Source of the DNA: Octopus sinensis
Taxonomy: Eukaryota
Assembly (NCBI RefSeq): GCF_006345805.1
Contig: NC_043022.1
Coordinates: 9,176,001-9,240,000 of the forward strand
Direction of reading: 5' to 3'
DNA length: 64,000 nucleotides
A program made the translations under genes and the position numbers. Under the pieces are notes generated by a model, which did not search any database, was not told where the DNA came from, and saw nothing but the letters and a program-made list of their open reading frames with translations. Position 1 is the first letter of the stretch. The number at the start of each line of letters is the position of its first letter. Positions 62,488 to 64,000 of the stretch are shown here, piece after piece.

Positions 62488-62735
62488 CAGAAAAATTCTA
62501 CTGTTTATTTGAGAAAATGTCTACTGGTTATTTGAGAAAAAAAATCTACTGTTTATTTGAGAAAAATTCTAGTGGTTATTTCAGAATATTTCTAGTGGTT
62601 GAGAAACTTTCGACTGGTTACTTTACAATATTTCTAGTGGTTATTTGAGAAAAATTCTAGTGGTTATTTGAGAAAATTTCTAGTGGTTATTTGAGAATAT
62701 TTCTAGTGGTTATTGGAGAAAATTCTGGTGGCTGG
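62488..62735. repeat. Minisatellite, ~23-bp unit GAGAAAATTTCTAGTGGTTATTT, about 11 copies
   Basis: Direct inspection; contiguous units without spacers. Confidence 0.9.
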
Positions 62736-63729
62736 AAATAATTTAAAAAGATCCTGTTTCCCCTGCACCTTGAGACACTAATTTGAAAAAACAGGATGAT
62801 TATAAATGGAATGCTATAGTTGTGTATCTATCTCTTTGCACATGACGTGGCTGGCATTGCAGGTGGGTTCTGAGTTCCATCTCACAGAGTGGCACCTTGG
62901 GCAAGTGTCTTGTACTAAAGCCTGGGGCTGACCAAAGCTTTGTGACTGTATGTGGTAGACAGAAACTGAAAAAAGCCTACGCTGTGTGTAATGTGTGTGT
63001 GTGTGTGTGTGTGTATTTTTGTTTTTCTCCCACCACTTCTTAAGAACCGGTGTTACTGTTTACATTTACATGACTTAGCAGTTCAGTAAAAGAGATTGTA
63101 GAATAAGTGCCAGGCTTTAAAAAAAATAAGCACCATCTGAACGTGGCTGATGGCTAGCTTCCGTGCCGGCATCTACCAACCATGGCCGTTGCCAGCCTCG
63201 CCTGGCACATAAAAAGCACCCACTACACTCATGGAGTGGTTGGCATTAGGAAGGTCATCCAGCTGTAGAAACACTGCCAGTTCAGACTGGAGCCTTCCCA
63301 GACCCCGGTCAAACCGTCCAACCCATGCCAGCATGAAAAACGGATGCTAAACGATGATGATGATGATGATGATGATGAAGTACTGGGGTTGATTAATTCA
63401 ACTAAAATCGTTCAGGGTGGTGCATCAGCATGGTCGCAGTCAGGTGACTGAAACAAGTGAAAAATAGAGATGACCTTACATTTTTAACACATACCCGAAA
63501 AATAAAAGGAAGGGTGAGAAACAATCAAGAATGTGTTTTGTAAAAAGTTGATGCAGACCCTAAATGTCTGGGACACCTCATTCTTAGACTTTGTTGACAA
63601 ACAGTCATTGACCATTTGCTTAATTCTGCCAGCTGGAGTACCACTCATCCAGGAGTGGAGGATACTTATATTTTGTTGCCATATTTGCAGCTTATCAACA
63701 TCATGAACCTGAATCAAAGTGGAGATGAT

Positions 63730-64000
63730 GTTTTGCAAACAACTTGCACATGCAAGTGCTACCAGTCAATAACTCCGTATACCGGAAGCCAGCAAGTGTA
63801 TGGGGTCATCAGGAGAGAATGCGCGCCGTTTCAGGGCCTACCTCTCAACAGCATCAATGCGCACCGGCCCCCCTCACTGATGAGGCCCCGCTTGCTAGAT
63901 CAGCTGGTTATCAAATAAAGCTCAATATCCTTCTCGCCATCGCTCATCGTCTCTTTTTAACCAAATCCAGTGGCTAGCCTTCTCCACTGTAGATTGGATA
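63730..64000 (-). mobile_element. 3' end of a HERO-like RLE non-LTR retrotransposon, continuing beyond the window
   Basis: 63999-63922 translates IQSTVEKASHWIWLKRDDERWREGY*, similar to the recalled HERO C-terminal AEKASRWLWLKR; GC-rich structured 3' UTR. Confidence 0.65.

Noticed and set aside
63800-63890. CTGATGA and GAAAC in the HERO 3' UTR as a hammerhead
   Set aside because: The required stems II and III cannot be formed; CTGATGA is paired within the long hairpin instead.
63484-63977. ORFs 63484-63738, 63616-63918 and 63744-63977
   Set aside because: They overlap the LINE 3' UTR and flank and show no recognisable protein motifs.

Overview
Repeat-saturated, AT-rich animal genomic DNA. 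The SINE families, microsatellite load and transposon set match what I know of octopus (coleoid cephalopod) genomes; this is inference from repeat identity, not proven. Almost all ORFs in the supplied track are translations of microsatellites or SINEs. One host coding exon is recognisable: the first coding exon of RAD51C on the minus strand (23042-23165). Its next exons were not found in 1-23 kb, so most of the window is probably intronic or upstream. Transposons include a 5'-truncated R4/Dong LINE in a (TAA)n tract, three DD37D/maT copies, a head-to-tail Helitron array with a PIF1 fragment and internal satellite, RTE and HERO LINE fragments, piggyBac, Tigger and mariner MITEs, Penelope-type hammerhead remnants, and dozens of tRNA-derived SINEs. 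A decayed 18S rRNA fragment is also present. Best second-look items: a Helitron terminal palindrome whose loop is flipped between two copies; telomere-repeat fillers at deletion junctions; a hammerhead-like motif with a long stem II in the RAD51C intron; a dual-donor exon that can include or exclude the RAD51C start codon; and SINE concatemers with a fixed junction. I see no self-contained novel multi-gene system. Repeat coordinates are approximate unless termini are quoted.
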